64,000 nt of DNA from Octopus sinensis (Eukaryota). The DNA lies in assembly GCF_006345805.1 (NCBI RefSeq), contig NC_043013.1:5518001-5582000 (forward strand). Reading direction: 5' to 3'. The position numbers and the translations under genes are program-made. A model generated the notes under the pieces. That model was given only the letters and a program-made list of their open reading frames with translations. It made no database searches and was not told the DNA's origin. Shown one piece after another: positions 1 through 13,104 of the stretch (positions are counted from its first letter, which is position 1; the number at the start of each line of letters is the position of its first letter).

Positions 1-726
1 GAATACGGTCACGCTGGAGCACCACCTTCAAAGGTTTAAGCCGATCGTATAGAGCTCGTATCGCTTTTTTTGTTTTTTTTTAGAATCTGGTTTAAAACGT
101 CTTTTTGTCGAACAAGTTACGAGGTCGAAAATGAATGAGCGCAAACGAGGACACAAACTATCAATCACACACACGCACACACACACATACATACATACAT
201 ACACACACATACATACACACATACATACACACACACATACATCATACATACATACATACATACATACATACATACTCATACATACATACATACATCATAC
301 ATACATACATACATACATACATCATACATACACACATACATACATACAGACAGACAGACAAATAAAATTTGAATTTTAAGCCCTTTTATAATGTAAATAT
401 TATCAATGTAACATACTGAAAATGTTAAACGCTTTTGAATTTTGAGCAACAAGTAATGAACAACACACATACACACACATTCTGTAGATTGGGTTATCCA
501 AGCTGTGCCCTCTTCAAGCACATCCTCCAATCCGTATGCAGAGATCGTATTTGTGTATTTGTGTGAGGTTTACATCAGAGTTGTAAGTTCTCGAAAATAC
601 TTTTTGCAGAGTAATTACACATCAAAACAATTTTGTAACTCCCATTAACAAATTAAACATCTGTAATGGTGCCAAAAACATTCCCCAATCCCCTGTATTA
701 AAGTGTGTGTGTATGTATGTATATAG

Positions 727-757
<31 letters not shown>

Positions 758-1816
758 GAGAGAAGTGTGTGTATGTACATTATATATGTAGAGGGAGATA
801 GACACGTTTATGTGCGTCTAGCTGTATGTATGATTGTATGTATGTATGCGTGTTGGTATATGTGTGTATATAAGGGGATGAGAACTATAATTATGTGCAT
901 CTGGTTTTAGAAATGCATGGCACATTTTTAAATGACTATTGTCTGTACTTTGTACCAATTGCCAGAGTACAATTGCAAGCCATCACTATTGTCAGACTGG
1001 CAATGACTTATATATATATATAAAGGTATTGTGTTAGGAAAGCGGGAGGGAGAGTAGACACTGCATTAGATATGGTTACACTAACCTTGGTATTAGTTTT
1101 GAGGCATTTTACTAGTTAGACATTGAAAACGGCGTTGTTGTCGTCCGTCTTGTGCTGGACTTTATTACAAGAAATCGGTGAAATAAATATACGAATGTCT
1201 GTCCATCTCTTTTCATTCTCATATATATATATCAGATAGAGAGAGAGAGAGATCGAACATATATAGTTCGATGGTTTTTACGTACGAAAACATTGTAGAA
1301 CTTAATATTCAGTTGAAGAGAAAGGAAGTTTGTACACACACACACACACATACACAGCCATCCGCCTTTCTCTCTCTCACACACATACACACCAACACTC
1401 AGCCATGTGTGTATCATGCTTAATGCAGATACATCGCGAAAAAAAAAAAAAATTAACTGCGGTATTCGTTCAGCGGTAATATCCATTGTAGACGCGATGT
1501 GTTAAAAAATGCAAGTATATTGACAACGGACGAAAATCGTCCGACAGTGGCTGATGAAAATGCTAAATGCGCATTTCTGCGTCTTTGAGCTTCGTCAATA
1601 GCATGTACTCTCTGTCAAACTCATGCCAAGACAAAATCCGTTGTTATTGATATTGTAAAAACAGTTATCGATAAAATCACTGAGGTTGGAATTAGCCAAC
1701 TGGCTGAGTAATAAATAATATCCGTTATGCGCAATAGATGTATGATTCACACGTGGCTACTTTAATCTAATACTGCCTCTGCTGCATATAATGTATTATA
1801 TATATATATATATATA

Positions 1817-2190
1817 TTATATATAATAGATAGTGTGTAATACCTTCGAAACACGCTGGAGTTGAACTAGGGACAGCTGATGAAGGGGATTTTTCCTTGT
1901 GTAGTTTGTCTTGTACTCTGTTTTTTTTCGTTTAGGTCCGTTCCCACGTTTGTTTTTACGTTTTCGTTTCTCGTTGAGCTCTGCGTCTAGTTGTGGTGTC
2001 CTGTACTCACGTGTATATATATTTATATATGCATGTATATATACATGTAGATGTAGGTACGTACATATATGTATGTATGTATGCATATATTTTATTTATT
2101 ACACTACTATTGTATGACTGAGCGCCCTCGCGTCGATTCGTTCGTTTTCGTTTCGTTTCAACTCCTCCAAGTAAGTTTTGTTATATATAT
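1817..2190. mobile_element. Dispersed repeat, possibly a Penelope-like terminal fragment
   Basis: Shares GTGGTGTCCTGTACTCAC...CTCCAAGTAAGTTTT with 30301-30465. Family assignment is inferred from the fold-back behaviour of the homologue. Confidence 0.4.
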
Positions 2191-3416
2191 ATATATATAT
2201 ATAATATATTATATAATATATAAAAGCAATAAAGATTCAAGTTAATTTAAATGAATTTACTTGAATATGGTACCTAACTTAGATGCACCAAAAAAAAAAC
2301 TATACTGTTTTATCAATACAGTAATGTGGGGTGATTATAAGCGAGAAAGAGCAACAAGAATGGATAGGTTTTTAGTACAATCTTTTCATACAAGGACAGG
2401 CTTTATTAAAAGTTGCAAAAATTACAGCATATAAACGTGTCCCGTACTCATCAGCTAAAATACATGTGAGTTCTCTAGACATCCTAGTGGTTGAGGCTAT
2501 ACTCATGAAGTAATGTAGATAATTAAGTAACATAAACAGATTTCCAAAGTTCATTAAAGTTCTTTAAAGATGATTACAGTCTTATCACAGAATTTTAAAA
2601 AAGTTCTAATAGCATCACAGAGAAGGTGACCTAATCCATAGAGCACATATGAATTTCCAGAGATATGATGAGGGATTACTTACTCACAGAAGACAAATTT
2701 ATCCATTGTTATCACAACGAGGTGGGTCTCAATTCCTGCTTATTAGCATTACAGAGAGGGTGAATTAATCCTTTGTATAGATGCACAATTTCCAATGGTG
2801 TAGATGTAAGTTTCCAGAGAAATGAAGAGGAATTTCATATTCACAGTGTTCGTTATGTATTTGGTTAATAGGAGACGGAAGATGGAAGATACGAGAGTTT
2901 TTATTAATTACTACAATTGTTTTGACACATCTAGCATCGATCCCTCACGGGTGGGATACTTAACAACTGGTTCAGGAGCATCTGACGATGCAGATGTGTC
3001 TCTTCGGGTGATAAACAGGTACAACTCGTTAAAACAACAGTTCCGAAATCCGTCTTCGCAGTTCTTGTGAAGAAAAGCAGCAAATTAAAGGATATAGCTT
3101 CGTTTATATAGAAGATTAATAATAAAATAACAAATGTAAAAAAAAAAAACAAACACGCAATACAGCGAAAAAAGTATTAAATATAACCGTTAACGGATAT
3201 GGATGTATAAACGCCCTCGCGTAGCTTGTATGATGCATGTACACTCACTCATACAAACAGTCACGACGATGTAAACATACGTACACGTGTGGTTTGGCGC
3301 ACATACCTTCACATGGCGAGTTAAATCGCTACATGGTGTTTATACGAATGGTGACATTAAAGGTAAATTTAATTCATCCATACCTTAAGGTGGGTTACGT
3401 TAACGGTTACTCATTG

Positions 3417-3683
3417 CAGGGCTGAGGAGTCAGAGTCGGAAACAATTAATGGATGGCTGGAGTTGGAGTCGGTAAAACTATACCGACTCCGACTCACAGT
3501 ATCTTTAATTTTTAATATAAACAAGTTATTACATATAGGCCTACTCAAAGTACAAGCGTATGCATATGTCTTATGAGATATGTAGACCACAATCACTTAA
3601 TTACATAAAGAGGAGTCAGAGTCAGACGCGCCAATAGTAGAGGAGTCGGAGTCGAAGTTTTTTGTTTCGACTCCACAGCCTTG
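3417..3683. mobile_element. hAT-type MITE
   Basis: Termini CAGGGCTGAGGAGTC / GACTCCACAGCCTTG (13/15 inverted match), internal GGAGTC repeats, perfect 8 bp TSD ACTCATTG at 3409-3416 and 3684-3691. Confidence 0.85.
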
Positions 3684-3776
3684 ACTCATTGTATTGGCTT
3701 CTTTATCCGAACCACTAAGTTACCGGGATATAAACAAACCACCACCGCTCGTCAAGCAACAGCGGTCACACACACA

Positions 3777-3815
<39 letters not shown>

Positions 3816-4680
3816 GCGCACGCACGCACACACAAACACATACAATAGATATATTAACAGGACAAATTTAGCTATTTCTCCGTAGATTACAAAATTGAAA
3901 GAAATCGACGAACGACCTCAGTCGATTTTCGAATCCTATTGGATTCTCATCTGAGGCGTCTTCGCGAACTTGACCAATTCCAGAGACACGAGCAGCCAAT
4001 CTGTTTACATGCTCACCAAACCCAGTAGTTAGAGAAAACTTGGGCTACTAGTTTGCATAACGTAAGTTTTGACGGCTTCTTTCAGTTTCCGACTACCAAA
4101 TTCACTCACAAGACTTTAGTCGTACCTGAGCCACACAGTAAAAGAATATAAGAGGCACCTGGACTCAGGGTGCCACACAGTGGCACTGAACCCGAAACCA
4201 CAGTGTTGGGAAGCAAACTTCTAACCACACAACCACGCCTGCACCTCAATTCGTTAACTTTCAAACATTCCATTGTGTTCGCTTTCTATTTCAGCTGATA
4301 TATCTCAGTTATGGCGTATCCCCCGCTGATGTTTTCTCACAGAAGAAACATGCGTTTTTTAAAGCAGTCTTTAGCAGGGCTGTTGTTGTTGTTTGTGAAG
4401 TTGCTTCTGACGTATATGATACGTCACATCATTAGAAAACGGGTAAACACATTGTTGATGGAGCAATTGATGTATGTGTATGCATAAAAATTCTTGACAT
4501 TTGTAAGATAATTCTTAGAGATGTACTTTCTCAAGAAGGTCCAGAGTTTGCCAGCTGTACCGGTGTTTATATATATATATATATATATATAGTTCAACTT
4601 TACAGAAAACAAAAGACGAAAACAGGCGAGGGAACAATAAGCAGGTGTATTAGTTTGACACTCGACAAGAATGGAAAAAT

Positions 4681-4716
4681 CTTTTACGTTTCGAGCCTAC
4701 GCTCTTCGACAGAAAG
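4681..4716 (-). ncRNA. Variant minimal hammerhead-like motif
   Basis: Minus strand CUUU-CUGUCGA-A-GAGC(GUAG)GCUC-GAAAC-GUA-AAAG. Stems I and II are 4 bp and stem III is the palindrome ACGU, but the core has A6>U and an extra A. Confidence 0.4.
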
Positions 4717-4812
4717 GATTGAATGGGGGGCGGGGGTGAATAGAGAGAGAACGAGAAAACAAAACGGAGAGAGAAATATATATATATAATATATATATAT
4801 ATATATACACCC

Positions 4813-5007
4813 TTTTACACGTTTCAGTCATTTGACTGCGGTCATGCCAGTCGAAGAAATCTACCCCAGATTTTATTCTTTGTAAGCCTAGTGCTTATTC
4901 TATCGTTCTCTTTTGCCAAACAGCTAAGTTTCGGGGGACATAAACACACCAACATCGGTTGTCAAGGTGTGTGTGTATGGGAGGGGGGGGCAAACAGACA
5001 CAAAGGT

Positions 5008-5044
<37 letters not shown>

Positions 5045-5200
5045 CGACGGGCTTCTTTCAGTTTCCGTCTACCAAATCCACTTACAAGGCTTTGGTCGGC
5101 CCGAGGCTATATTAGATGACACTTGCCCAAGATGTCACGCAGTGGGACTGAACCCTGAACCATGTAGTTGGGAAGCAAGCTTCTTCTCACATTGCCACAC
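4813..5200 (-). mobile_element. tRNA-derived SINE, family A (my label), full length
   Basis: Head with A-box-like TGTGTGGTAAG and B-box-like GGTTCAGTCCC, central (TA/TG)n, tail GCCGCAGTCAAATGACTGAAAC. More than 20 copies or fragments in the window. Confidence 0.85.
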
Positions 5201-5212
5201 ATTTTTCTCTCC

Positions 5213-5243
<31 letters not shown>

Positions 5244-5439
5244 GATGGCGGTGCCCCAGCATGGCCACAGCTCATGGGCTGAAACTAGAATCAATCAATC
5301 AATCATAGATATATATATATATCTATCTTTTTGCTTGTTTCAGCTGTGACCATCTCGCCTTTTTAGTTTGCGCAAGGAACTCGGTACCACTTTATCTCCA
5401 ACGTGTACTTTTTCCATGACCGTATGAGGAGGAGGGGAG

Positions 5440-5662
5440 CTGGCTGAACCGTTAGCACGCAGGGCGAAATGCTTAGCGGTATTTCGTCTGCCGCTACGTT
5501 CTGAGTTCAAATTCCGCCGAGATCGACTTTGCCTTTCATCCTTTCGGGATCGATTAAATAAGTACCAGTTACGCACTGGTGTCGATATAATCGACTTAAT
5601 CCGTTTGTCTGTCCTTGTTTGTCCCCTCTGTGTTTAGCCCCTTGTGGGCAGTAAAGAAATAG
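5440..5662 (+). mobile_element. tRNA-derived SINE, family B (my label), with 18 bp TSD
   Basis: B-box-like GAGTTCAAATTCC and CATCCTTTCGGGATCGATTAAATAAGTACCAG core. TSD GTATGAGGAGGAGGGGAG at 5422-5439 and 5663-5680. Confidence 0.9.
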
Positions 5663-5759
5663 GTATGAGGAGGAGGGGAGGGGGTTATTTGAGTAAGGTT
5701 CGACTGCTATTTCTAGCAAATGGAGTGACCACAAAGAAGCTCCCTAGTTGGTTCGTGTA

Positions 5760-6890
5760 CAGACGTTGATGGCGGTGACGATGGAGATGGTGACGATGAT
5801 GGTGGAGGTGGTGGTTGTGGTGACGAGGAAGTTGCCAATTGTTCTGTTGGTGTGATTGGTACAGGCTATAGTATGTGTGTGGTGATGGTGAAGGTTGTAG
5901 TATCAAATAATAACGCCATGCAAGGGAGGTGGAGGTAGGGGGAGAGCGATGGCAACAATGTCAGCTGTTACTAGAGATAGTATAGGTGGTTGTTGTAGTG
6001 GTGGTGATGGTGGTGGTAGTAGTTGTGTTGTTGATAACAACATTGGCAAGCATGGAAGCGATGGCGGTGGCGGCGGCAGCAGCAGTAGTAGTAGTAGTAG
6101 TAGTAGAGGTGTGGTATGAGGATCTCGGTAAGGGGTGGGTATTGTAAGTGGCGGTGGTGGTGGTGGTGTAAAGATGAAGGTAGGGTAGTGGTGATGGTGG
6201 TGGTGGTGGTGGTGGTGGTGGTGTGTCGTGTAAGTATGAAGATGGGAGTTGATGATGATGAGGAGGATGAGGATGATGACAACGATTGTGGTGTTTGATA
6301 ATGGTAGGTGTGTGGTGATGGTGGAGGTGTAGTGATGAATGTAGTTGGGTGGTGGGACGGCAGTGGGGGGAAGGTGTTCTGGCATAAACATGAAAATGGT
6401 AGGTGATGGTGATGATGGTGGTGGTGGTGATGGTGGTGGTGCTGGTGGTGGTGGTGGTGGTGGTGATGGCGTTGTAAGAATGAACGTGGTTGGGTGTCAT
6501 CGCTGTTGTTGTTGTTGGTGGTGTGGTGTCAGCAATATCGGCGGCGGTGGTGGTGGTGGTGTAAGGATGGCAGTAAGAGGTGTGATATTAGATGGTGGTG
6601 GTGGTGGTGGTGGAACGACGATGCTAACGGTGGCGATGGTGCGGCAGCGGTGGTGTGTATTGACAGCAGCGCTGGCAACCATTTAGATGGTGGTAGCGGT
6701 GGTGTGTTGTGGTATGACGACGATGATGATGATGATGAGTGGTGGTGATGTCAGCGGTGGCGTGTTGTTTATAATAATGATGATGGTAGCGGCGGTGGTG
6801 GTGATGATGCAGGAAGCGATCTCCACCTCCACCATCACCGCCGCCGCCAAGGTGGTGAGGGTGGCTAATAGGTGAGGTGGGGGTTGAGAT
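5760..6890. repeat. G-rich (GGT/GAT/GTA)n trinucleotide array
   Basis: Interrupted triplet repeats; source of the poly-His/Thr/Pro/Val ORFs. Confidence 0.9.
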
Positions 6891-7669
6891 GTATTTCAGC
6901 ACAAAAAGCTCTGCCTTGTCACATTGAAGTCTACTTTCCTTTAAAGAAACTTGCTAGAAAAGAAAGGGGGTGATAAAAACAACAACAACAACAAAAGCTA
7001 TCACTATTTTCTTCTACTGCTACCTCAACCAAACAGAGAAAAAAAAAGGCCCTGCCGGCCCTTGAGACAGTGAGTTCGCACTTGACAGAGGATTTTCGCT
7101 TTGGCTGATTACCTTTTTTCGTCCAGGTGTGAAGAGATAAGGAAAAAAACAGACGTGTGTGTGTGTGTGTAAAATAGGAAAAAAACACAGCGAGTGAGTG
7201 TATGTGTGCGTGTGTATAAGATAGAGGAAGATAGATTAAGGGTTTGTACTGTGTTTATGTGTTGGCGTTTGTTGACGACTTTATAATTTACTTCGTTAAT
7301 GATTTATTATTAGTTTTTTTCTCCCGACCAAATTCCATCATTCTGCTGTTACCCTCTTTCAAGAATTAATTCACCGGAAAGAAAACAATCTTTTTATTTC
7401 ACTCATTCATTCCAGGCTTCGTAGGAAGTTCGCCCTTTGCAACCCACACCTCTTTGACTGTCGGATCCTTTCCCTCGTTCACCTTTCATTCTCATAACAA
7501 AACCAAATTATTCCAGACCAAAATAATTCATTCGTTAGTCACCAACAACATTTTAGTTTATTTATTCATTTAACTAGGTCAGAGGTTAACACAAAAAAAA
7601 AACCCTCCAAAAAAACTCAGGTGAACGGACCAACAGCAAAAAACACCGTCCCTCTTAAGACTAGAGGAA

Positions 7670-7714
<45 letters not shown>

Positions 7715-8392
7715 TTATTATTTTCTTAGGATTGGGTCATCTCACACACCCCCAAACAGATACTCGAACATATTGCTTTCATTTTGATATCTCTATTCGT
7801 ACATAATTTCCGGTTTTACTCCCTTTTAAAATACGTCTCCATTATTTATTCGAATCAGCTGGGTTTTCCGAAGCTGGTCACCGCTACAGAGCACATGGGC
7901 TCATCTTGAATTGAATAAACATTAATTATATACCTGCCTTGTTAATTAGAACAGAGAGATAGACAAACGGACACGCAGGCAGACGAATAGATTAGGCAGG
8001 TACTTTGATAAAGATCATATAATATATATATAAATGAGATAGTTTGTTGTGGTTTGTTATAGACTGGCAAGTGAAGAAGTAAATGGACTGAGTGAAGGAG
8101 ATAAATAGGAACAGAGTGAGCGAATGAGAGAGAGAGAGAGAAAGAGATCGAATGAGCGATTGAGAGAGAGAGAGAGGCTGCTGCTGCCAGACGGAGATGA
8201 TCGGATGAAAGAAAAAAGAAAAACAAACAAACCCACCTGTAAAAGGTAAGGGTAAGGAAAAAAATACCTTACTACCACCTTCACCACCACCACCACCAAC
8301 AACAACAACAGTGCCACCGGCACCATTAATAATAATATAAACAGTAACAACAGCGGCAAGGTTTGTTGCTTCGTAAGAAGAACAAAAAGAAA

Positions 8393-8540
8393 ATGAAGTT
8401 AACTCGGATTCTGTTCACATATGCCCGGCGTATTGCCGCCGTAAAGAGTAAGAAATTCGTCGAATTTGATCCCGTCTTTGAGAGATATGCATCTTTTAAT
8501 CCGTCCCCGCTGTCTTTGGAGAAGTTTATGGAATTTGGAG
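8393..8540 (+). CDS. Pdk: Pyruvate dehydrogenase kinase, mitochondrial, coding exon 1
   Basis: ATG at 8393 gives MKLTRILFTYARRIAAVKSKKFVEFDPVFERYASFNPSPLSLEKFMEFG. The N-terminus is basic and acid-free (presequence-like) and is followed by the PDK motif F(N/S)PSPLS..F..FG. Donor GAG|GTAACG at 8540/8541, phase 1. Confidence 0.93.
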
Positions 8541-8696
8541 GTAACGAGAATTCTTTTGTGTCTTTGAAAAAAAAAAATTGTATTACACACACACACGCAA
8601 ATACACATACACACACACAAATGTGCAGCACCCCACGATTTTGTAACTTAATGAAATTTTTCACAAAATACCTTTCAGCTGGGGTAGATTCCGAGG

Positions 8697-9010
8697 TGGG
8701 TGGCGTGTGTGTAAAAAAGATTGCTTCCCAGCCACATGGTTCTAGGTTCAGTCCCACTGCACGGCACCTTGGGCAAATTATCTTCTACCACAGACCCCTG
8801 ACCCACCAATGCTTTATGAGGGGATTTGGTAGACGGAAACTGAAAGCTATGTATTTGTGTGTGTCCACACCACCGCTTGAAAACCAGTGTTGGTTTGTTT
8901 GCGTCCCCCTTAACTTAGAGGTTCGGCAGAAGAGATCGAAAGGATAGAACTGGTCTCGTTTCAAGGCGATGCTCCAGCGTGGCCGCAGTGCAATGACTGA
9001 AACAAGTAAT
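8697..9010 (+). mobile_element. SINE family A, ~160 nt into Pdk intron 1
   Basis: GGTTCAGTCCCACTGCACGGCACCTTGGGCAA...GCAATGACTGAAACAAGTAA. Confidence 0.85.
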
Positions 9011-10089
9011 AGATAGATAAATAGATCTTTTATCTTGAACGGGTTTCATTTATTAGACTGCGGCTATGCTGGAGCAATATATATTATTGTTTTCTGTGTT
9101 TGTGGGTTGGAATCGGTGTGCTGCTAAAGTTTTACCTCGTTGGCAAATGCCCTGACTAATGTCTTAAAGCGTAAGGCGTTGTGGCCTTCATACATTGCTC
9201 ATTATTATGTGAATGGTGTAGTATGTGCTAGTTTAGATAAACGTGTGTCTATGTAGCCCTATTTCTGCTTATATGGTATGTGTGTGTATGTTTATAAATT
9301 ATGTATCTGTGCTTATATACTCCGTGTATAGCCATATATTTACTGCGTATCTGTTGATACGTGCGTGTATGCGTGCACACACACACACACACACACATAC
9401 ATTCACACACACACACACACACATATTCACACATACACACACACACACACAACGTGAGTCTATACAATTCTTCACCTTTATTTAAATACATAAGTCTGTG
9501 TTTGTGTTTTTCTGTCGTCGAGCCAACGTACGTAGTCGCTTGACTGCTTGAAATAGCAGCCAAATCTGCTTCGGATAACACTCAACTATCTTAAAAGGGG
9601 AAGGAAATATAGAAAAAAAAAGAGATGTGATGGCTGCGTTTTGATAATCTTTGACCATACATTTGCTGAATTATGCCACCCAGGGGCTAAACAACAACTG
9701 CTTCCATTGTCGTCTGTCTTTGAATAGAGACCATGTGGATATACATGTGAATAGGTACCATGAAGATGTACTGTTGTCTGGCTCAGTCTAACTAAGGATC
9801 AATAGGTACCATATGGATGTACAGCTGTCTCTTATAGACACAAAAGGTGAAGAGAGAGGTCTCTCTTGTCAGAAACGGTACATGCACCTTTGCTACTGAG
9901 TTTAAACCCGACTAGAGTTGATTTCGCCCATCGTTTTAAAATCGATTTTAAAAACCACAACAGTAATGCACTGGGGTCTAATCGATTCTATTCCATTTCT
10001 CTGCTCTTTTCTATACACATGCACACACACTAAAACAATGCCGTGGTTCTGTAACACAATTAGAATGATTATGATTATTATTATTGAGA

Positions 10090-10613
10090 GGAGGGCGGCG
10101 AGCTGGCAGAATCGTTAGCATGCCGGGCGAAATGCTTAGCGGTATTTCGTCTGTCTTTACGTTCTGAGTTCAAATTCCGCCGAGGTCGACTTTGCCTTTT
10201 ATCCTTTCGGGGTCGATTAAATAAGCACCAGTTACGCACTGGGGTCGATGTAATCGTTCCGAGTTCAAATTCCGCCGAGGTCCACTTTGCATTTCATCCT
10301 TTCGGGGTCGATGTAATCGACGTAATCCCTTCGTCTGTCCTTCTTTGTCCCCTCTATGTTTAGCCCCTTGTGGGCAATAATAAAGAAATAAGAATTGCTA
10401 ACACACCGGGGGGGGGGGGATGATCGATCCCGAAAGGATAAATGCTTAGCAGCATTTCGTCTGTTTTTACGTTCTGAGTTCAAATTCTGCCGAGGTCGAC
10501 TTTGCCATTAATCCTTTCGGGATCGATAAATTAAGTACCAGTGAAACTCTGGGGGTCGATGTAATCGACTAGTCCCCTTCCTCGAAATTTCACTTGTGCT
10601 TTTAGTAGAAAGG

Positions 10614-10625
<12 letters not shown>
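10090..10625 (+). mobile_element. Cluster of three SINE family B copies or partial copies
   Basis: Repeated GAGTTCAAATTCCGCCGAGGTC...GGGGTCGATGTAATCG units. Confidence 0.85.
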
Positions 10626-10648
<23 letters not shown>

Positions 10649-11149
10649 TGTGTTATGTTGCTGGTCCTTCTGCCTGAAGCATTGTAACTGTAGTTTTCCC
10701 CGTCACGTTATGCAAGACGATAAAAGAGAAAATCTTGTTTGTTCCAGCAGATTTCAGTTGCCATTATTCTGTGGAAATAACCGCTAGCATTATTATTTGT
10801 TTGGTGGTTCAAGGATTCCTAGTATTTTCTGTGATTGCACTTTTCTGTAATTGTTTTCTAACTTTCACCTGCGGGAAATAAACAGAATTTCATTGAAAAG
10901 TATCTTTGATAGTCTGATTCCTGAAGCAACTACAAGGAATTAAGCGATAATCGGTTACATAAATTCAAGGGCAACGATGAACGAAAGAGCTTCTGCACAG
11001 AACCGATCGTTGAACCGATTGGAAGTTTTTATATTCTGCTATTGTTGTTGTTGTTGTTGTTCAGTTTTGTGTTTGTTCTGATTAAGCTGACCGATGATGA
11101 AAGTTTTTCCAATCGTGACCATCCTTCATGGGTTCGGTTTATAGGTAAA

Positions 11150-12335
11150 ATCTGCGGATGGTGGGTGACGAAGGGCAAAATGCTTCGCGGCATTTTCTCT
11201 GTCTTTATATTGAGTTCAAAGGCTGCCGTGGTCGACTTTGCCTTTCATCTTTTCAGGGTCAATAAAATAAATACCAGTTAGTCACTTGGTTTGATTGCCG
11301 GCATTGTGCCAAAATGTGAAATTAATATTCTCAGTTTCCTTGATAATCACTTCACAATCATATGGGTTTGCAAAGTCTACAATCTTACAAATAATCGTGT
11401 TTCTGAATTCAAATATCGCCGAGATCAACTTTGCTTTTCATCCTTTCGGGACTAATACAATAATCCCTGGTCAAGTACTGGGGTCGATATGATCGACGAA
11501 GCACCCTTCCTCTCCTCACTTTATAATTGCAGTCCTTGTACCAAAATTAGAAATAATAATTATTCTTTTCTACTCTAGGTACAAGGCCCGAAATTTTGGG
11601 GAGGGGGCCAGTCGATTAGATTGATCTCAGTACGCAACTGGTACTTAATTTATCGACCCCGAAAGGATGAAAGGCAAAGTCGACCTCGACGGAATTTGAA
11701 CTCAGAAAGTAGAGACAGACGAGATACCTATTTCTTTACTACCCACAAGGGGCTAAACACAGAGGGGACAAACAAGGACAGACAAACGGATTAAGTCGAT
11801 TATATCGATCCCAGTGCGTAACTGGTACTTAATTTATCGACTCCGAAAGGATGAAAGGCAAAGTCGACCTCAGCGGAATTTGAACTCAGAACGTAACGGC
11901 AGACGAGATACCGCTAAGCATTTCGCCCGACGTGCTAACAACTCTGCCAGTTCTCTGCCTTAAATAATAATTATTAAAGCGGTGAGTTGGCAGAATCGTT
12001 ACTGCGCCGGGCAAAATGCTTAGCGACATTTCGTCTGTCTTTACGTTTTGAGTTCAAATTCCACCGAGGTCAGCTTTGCCTTTCATCCTCTCGGGGATCG
12101 GTAAATTAAGTACCAGCTGAGTACTGGCATTGTGCCAAAATTTGAAACTAATATTAAAGTTGCGAGCTGGCAGAATCGTTAGCGCGCCTGACCAAACTCT
12201 TAACGGCATTTCTCCTGGCTCTTTACGTTTCGCGCGTTCAAATCCCACCGATTTCGAGTCAACTTTGCCTATCATCCTCTCGGGGGTTGAATTAAATGAA
12301 GAACTAGTCAGGTATTTGGAGTCGATGTATTTGAT
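11150..12335. mobile_element. Cluster of SINE family B copies in both orientations
   Basis: + copies at ~11150, 11395, 11975 and 12160; composite - copy at 11575-11960. Confidence 0.85.
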
Positions 12336-13104
12336 TAACACCGTCTCCGTAAAAATCGCTGAGCTTGCATCAAAATATGAAATCGTTATTGTTGTTTATA
12401 TTATTTATTCAAGTACTTGAGGGTGAGGGCGAGATCTGAGGCTGTAGAAAATAATATTTACCTAAGACGATACGCTGTAGACCTCGTGGTTGTGATGTGT
12501 TTCTAAGCCATTCATCTCAACCCTACACTGTACACACGCACGCGCACCTCACTACCCTCCATCTTCTATGGGGCGCACCAACACCATCTTATCTCTCTAT
12601 GCTCCATCAACACTAAATCAGACATTCTAATTCGTAGCAGTCTTTTGTCATGTCTGCTTTTGTGTGCGTGCATACATTTATGTTGAAATGGGTGCAGACG
12701 TGGCCAAGTAGTTAAAACCACTTTGTTTCATAATAACTAGGTCTCGCGTTCTGTCGTGCGGTGCGGCGGGCGTCTTAGGCAGATATTTCCCCCTTCGTAT
12801 CTTTTTCACTATATCCTGCGGTTGATCCGAGTCCTGTCAGTGAAATTGAAATTGGGTGGACAGAAACTGTGTGGAAGTTCGCCGCATGGCCTGTACCTAT
12901 AATTTCGAAGGTTCAGCTTTGTTACCATGCCATGGAGATTCTGTCTGAGGATTACATTAAAAGCATACGTGCCAATGGAACACTCAGCCACTTTCATAAT
13001 AAATCGATATGTAGCAAGTTTAGGAGATCAAACAACTTGAAGACTCATCATGGAAACTAACGAAAGGCTTGGTGGCAGGCAATGAGTAAAGAAATGCTAC
13101 ACGC

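Noticed and set aside
1843-1890. GAAAC followed by CTGATGA (possible type II hammerhead)
   Set aside because: Stems I and III cannot be paired convincingly, and no GAAA follows the box.
2420-2460. Minus-strand CUGAUGA box with a possible stem I
   Set aside because: No GAAA box and no valid NUH triplet.
4325-4362. CUGAUGU...GAAACAUGCGUU
   Set aside because: A9 is changed and no stem I can form.
5903-6902. Poly-His/Thr/Pro/Val ORFs
   Set aside because: Arise in several frames from triplet repeats, with no splice or domain support. The same applies to 46011-46829 and 62893-63268.
8363-8947. 194 aa ORF taken as a whole protein
   Set aside because: Only 8393-8540 is PDK-like. The TTG start is upstream of the ATG, and the rest reads through the donor into intron and SINE sequence.
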